From Balanoglossus misakiensis (lineage: Eukaryota > Animalia > Hemichordata): a stretch of 64,000 bases of DNA. The notes beneath the pieces were generated by a model. The model made no database searches. It saw nothing but the letters and a program-made list of their open reading frames with translations, and was not told the DNA's origin. Both the position numbers and the translations under genes were made by a program. The stretch covers positions 18,523,028-18,587,027 of the forward strand of contig CM082576.2 of assembly GCA_040954595.2 (NCBI GenBank), written 5' to 3'. The first letter of the stretch is position 1. Every line of letters begins with the position of its first letter. Shown in pieces: positions 59,060 to 64,000 of the stretch.

Positions 59060-62000
59060 TTATCCCCATCTTGTTATAAATCTGAGCCCAGGTGTCTTTG
59101 GTGTGAGATTCCAGTAGTCAAGAGTAGGCTTACCTTGAATAATGTAATGCTTGTAAATAATGTATAATTTCTTCTTACCCTCCAGATATGAATGAATGTC
59201 ACAGTGGTGGAAATGCGTGCCAACACTATTGTCAGAATACCCATGGTAGTTATTGCTGCGCTTGCAGACAAGGCTTCAATGTGCTGGAGGATGGCCATGC
59301 ATGTACAGGTATGTAACTGTGGATATTGATCTCTTCTGTGGCTACACTGTTTGGGGATTGCATATTGCTATGGTTACAATAAAACATGCATCCTGTCTGT
59401 CCATTGCACACATTTTAAAATTTGAAATCAACCGCACACTCGTACTGAACACATGTTTGTTGAAATTGTATCTCAGAATTTTTCCATTTATGATTATGCA
59501 TAATATAATCAAATTAACAAATGTGAAAACTTATCTTTGAAAATTTGTTTGCAAGGGTGAAAAATTAATCTGTTGTTTTAAAAATCAGACAAAGTTTAGC
59601 TGACAGGGTACACGAGTTTCAGGGGATTTTGTTAAAATGAGAATGATAGAGAGTGTTAAAATTCCTAGATTCTGAGATTGCCATGGATATTGAGGACTTT
59701 GACGTAAAAACAATTAATTGATCAAGAAATATGTGGTTAAGTATATGTGTGATCAACCTCACACTATACTATAAGACTGTCTGATATATTTATGCACAAG
59801 TACAATGTATTTTCACTACTTATATGCATAACTCAATCAAATTAACATAATTTATCGACCTATAGCTATTAAATTACCACAGCAAGGAATAAATATTCAC
59901 TTAGAAAATTCATATAGTTTTCATCTCATTTTAAAGACATTATAAATGCTTCTCCGAGGGGTACAATAATTTTTAGGGTAAGCCTAATTCAAGATTCACG
60001 TTTCAAGATTCACGTTTCATGTTCCACAGCCCAAGATTCATATTCTGATTCAGATTCCAGTCTTGTCTAATATGTTTATGCTGCCGTAACCAGGGGTGTG
60101 AACGATTGTTTATTGTCCTCGATCCCCGCCCAAGCAAGGTTCCCCAAATATTCTGTTCGATTATCGCGTGACGTCATTGTCGGGTATCTCGTCAAGTTCA
60201 GTTTCAACAACATTTTTCAAAGAGAGATGCACCCTATTTATTATTTTCTAACACATGAATGACCCTAGGCCTGAGATCGCACCATGGCCGGCAATCTTGG
60301 TATTCACAGATACTTTTAAGCGTAATTCTGATATAATTGATAGGTTTAGGTATATTTTACAACCGATAACTTAAGCAAAGGACTAATTCCTATATTCTGA
60401 ATCAAGTGAAAGCAATGTAGATGGCGAAAGGATGTGACAAGACTCGAATCTGAATCAGAATATGAATCTTGGGCTGTGGAACGTGAAACTTGAAACGTGA
60501 ATCTTGAATTAGGCTTACCCTAATTTTTAATGGGTATATTCTTAATAACTCATCACCATGAATGATCATTTCAAAACTTAACAAGGCATATGGCAAAAGA
60601 GGATTCAGTGTTTGTGCACCTTCTATCTGCTATGCTGGATCTATTGACAGTTTTCAAAGGGGTTTAAAGACTCGTCTTTTTATTCAGTACTTTCTATTTC
60701 ATTCCATTGCTTTTTTGGTTAATAGGGACTGTCTTTCAGAACTCTTTGGTTTGTTTCGTGTTTTTAAGTGTAATTTATTATCCTTTAAGCTTTCACTTGT
60801 TTTGTAATTTTATTATTTTCTGTAGAAAATGCACTGAGATGTATGTGTATTATGTTTGTCAGGAAATAAATAATAATAAAATTAAAAATAATAAACTATC
60901 TTTGATTTCAGATGTCAATGAATGTATGGAGAGAGCAGATCTTTGTGAGAGCAGATCTTTATCTCAAGGCGCCACAGAGGAATAAAGGTCCTTCTTTTGT
61001 TGCATTTCGAATAGATTCGTGTAATTCACTTTTGTTTGGGCTCCCTAAGTACTAGATCAGCCGTATTCAAGTTCAAAATATTGCTGCTAGTTCCAAAATC
61101 ACTGTTTACATCAATGCAATTTCAGTTCCATTGGTTACCTGTGTCTGATCGTATTGTTTTCAATATTTTATTTCTTATTTTTGAATTCATTCATAGACTT
61201 GGACCATCATATCTGTCTGATATGATCAAATTATATGTTCCAAATCGAAACTTGAAGTCAGCTGATCAGCTCAAACTCTGTCCTGTTCAGCCCAATGCAA
61301 TGATGACAACAACAATTGCTTGCCTTCAGACACAAATATTTATTGCATATATTATCAGCGAATAAAGGGAAATGGTTTTGAAGTTACAGTTGGCATTTTG
61401 CATTTTCGAAATGTCTACTTATATCCCAGGCCACGATACGGAGAAAAAAATAAAAATACACCAGCTGAGCTCCTCACACGTACATAGTCATGTATGGTAA
61501 ACCTGGCATTCTGTCCATATGGGACCTACATTTGTAGGCGATTGATCGATGTTGTGTCGAAATCAGGCCAGTAATTAAGTTAAAACTTGGTTAATACGTT
61601 ACCTTAGGGTGTTATACATTATCCAGTAACTGTTTTACTTAAGAATTGCCTTTCAAAAGCTGTTTACCCACGGTAAACGTATCGTTTCACGATCAACGCA
61701 ACACTTCTGTATTTACAAGTCTAACATGGAGCCGGAGAGGTCAACGTATACTTCCGGGTCATATCGTCGAACGACATTGATTATTTTTAAGCGGACTGTT
61801 ACACAAGCATTTCGAATTAATTTCTTTTCACGGATGTTTGGACCGATATTAGACCTCTCTGTCAGGAAAGTTTGGTTAACTTCCGAGGTCGTTTTCAATG
61901 ATTTTTAAAACGTTTGTGGACGTCTCTTTAGGGGTCACCAACATACCACCGAAAACACGTTAAAAACTTCTACTACTATTAAGGACAGATTTTGATAAAA

Positions 62001-62850
62001 TTTACGTCTGCAGTGAAAAATGGGAATCACTTTCGTAATTTATCCAGCTAACATGGTTTTTTATTGCACAACAGAGTTGCAGACCAGGATTTAAGTTGCA
62101 CAGAAATCAACATACATGTGTTGGTGAGTATCTACAATTTGGAGAGAAAGTAAGATGTATGGGTTTGTACAATGTAAGTGTCTTATACATGTATATTTGA
62201 CACTGAAATCATATATTGTACAATCAGTCATTGGTAAATGTCTGCTATTCATGACACAAATAAAAAAACAGTCAAACCTGTGTGAGTGGCCACCTCTATT
62301 AGGCAGCCACCTCTATATAGTGGCCACTTTCTTCTAGTCCCTATGCAATTTACATCTACATTAATTGACTTTTCTACAAGGTATAATTTCTACAAGGTAT
62401 AATGGCCACCTATCTATAAAGGCCAGTTTAGAAAAGTCCCTTCACTAGCCACAATAGACACTTGTGTTGATTTCTGTATGTTTTACGTGTAACACAATCA
62501 GGACATTTTTCATAAAGAGGGCAGCCTTCCAAAATAAAGTGTCATCTCAATGCAGACAATGTGAAAAAGGCGGTCAGTAGAGTACTGCTCGAGCTCATCT
62601 AGTTTGTTGTATACATGATACATGTACAAGTTGTGTGTAAAACTGACCTTACAATAAAATGTGGCTGTCCAAGTACATAAGTTTCAACTATAGTGTTGAT
62701 ACAAAAGACAATCAAGTTTTTACTTTGTGACCAACTTGCCTCGTGTTCGTGTCGTGGAAGGGTAACATGACTGCATAGCAATGTTTTATTAAAATTTTGT
62801 ACATAGAGAAATGGACTACTGGGAACTATGTAAATGATGCCCTGAGCCTA
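59060..62850 (+). repeat. Second copy of a tandem segmental duplication of the EGF-exon region
   Basis: 59060-60947 resembles 53870-55757 and 62076-62850 resembles 57667-58520. The middle is replaced by unrelated sequence. Confidence 0.85.
61090..61285 (+). mobile_element. L2/CR1-group LINE ORF2 C-terminal fragment
   Basis: FHWLPVSDRIVFNILFLIF...LGPSYLSDMIKLYVPNRNLKS is typical of this clade's post-RT region. Confidence 0.65.
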
Positions 62851-64000
62851 AAAATTCTGACTGTCTGCAATTATAGTTTTAGCATTTTTGTTCAATTGCA
62901 CTTTCAAGTACAGTCAAACCCGTCTAACACCAAAGGGACTGAAGAAATTGTTCAGATTGCAGGTGTCCAATTTAAAGAGGTTCTTTCAACATGTGGTTCT
63001 ATGTCAAAAGGTTTGAACAATGTCTTTGAAATAGACATGTTTCCAGATTAGACAGGGTTCGGTTGAGACAGGTTTTACTGTATTTTGATACATGCTCTGG
63101 CTTAACCCTTTCACCAACATGGTTCAGTCTAAACCCTTTATTTTCTATGGTAAGGCTGGATCTTTAAAGAGGAAACTGTTTTTTTTCTGGGAATCTCTTT
63201 ATTTCTTCTGTCACAAAAATTGCATGGGAGTTCTAATTCTAAAAGGAAAACTGATTTCATAAAAGATCTCAAAGTCAAGTTTTGGATGTGGCTCCATTTC
63301 AAGTATTGTAGGTGACTAGTTTTCCGGAGTTCAAGTCTTTATACTTGCAGTAGAGTTGGTCACATGTACTTGGGTAATCTGAGTGTGGTCAGAAATTGAA
63401 CTTACACACATTGAGTTGAGTTAAGAATATGTCTGGTGTATTACTGTAATATGACTAGATACAGCAAATGCATTAACTATAAGCGTATGTTAAAATACAC
63501 AGTTTCCATGGACAAATCTGAGTGATGAAATTAAATACACATGTTCATTAAATCCCACCATGATAGAGCGCCCCCACTGTTCAGAATGTCCATTTTGAAG
63601 TCCTACATATATGATGTCATGCCTAGCTGTCAATGTTAACTGATGTGTACTTGTACTACTAGTAAATGGAAGTACTTTAAAGTAAAGCTCAGATGCAAGG
63701 TTTTGTAAAATAAATATAATATTAAAACGTTGCCATCATTTTAGCCATTTTGAACAGCGGTCCAATTGACTAATGTGATCACTCTGTATGCGGCATATGG
63801 CATATTAAGCATTTAGTATTTTTCAATCAGAAGCCGTTAATCCTGTGATTAATTCTGCTTCTTGCAGCATTGATTTTAAATCACCACACATGAATAATTT
63901 TGTCCAAAGGACTGCGGTGCCCAAGTGTTTATGATAAGATAAACAAACGGTGAAATTCACTGAAGAAGTGAGCGAGCACTTGCCCATTCATTGTTCAATG

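Larger units (their letters stand above)
53996..62123 (+). pseudogene. Calcium-binding EGF-repeat exons (fibrillin/fibulin-like), partly duplicated and broken
   Basis: Phase-1 exons 53996-54114 (4-nt deletion), 55723-55839 (DVNEC..., internal TGA), 57062-57184, 57609-57713 and 59186-59308, plus truncated pieces at 60912-60947 and 62076-62123. D-x-N-E-C and C-x-N-x-x-G-S-[FY]-x-C-x-C motifs. Confidence 0.8.

Overview
AT-rich, intron-containing animal DNA, probably a marine invertebrate (taxon is inference), made almost entirely of nested transposons and decayed segmental duplications. From left to right: (1) A disrupted RAG1/Transib-fold DDE transposase gene with an internal SAP domain (559-3676, minus). 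(2) A 14.8-kb IS3EU-type DNA transposon (6734-21503; TAT..ATA ends, 6-bp TSD TAAAAC, TIRs built from arrays of a 22-bp palindrome). It carries an intact spliced integrase-core transposase and, convergently, an intact SAM-like/HECT E3 ubiquitin-ligase gene, and its transposase intron holds an antisense copy of the catalytic exon. (3) Nested in (2), an intact PAT/DIRS-group tyrosine-recombinase retrotransposon (15002-20931) with split direct repeats, a lox-like B/A junction and phase-0 splice acceptors in front of gag, pol and YR. (4) A non-autonomous relative of (3) at 24702-27275. (5) Tandemly duplicated MED25 exon fragments, interrupted by an 11-kb EnSpm/CACTA element (32363-43416, TSD TT) that carries a decayed transposase and a divergent BEN-domain gene. 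(6) A piggyBac-like non-autonomous element, several MITEs, and duplicated, partly broken calcium-binding EGF exons. All alignments and motif calls were made by eye; no database search was run.
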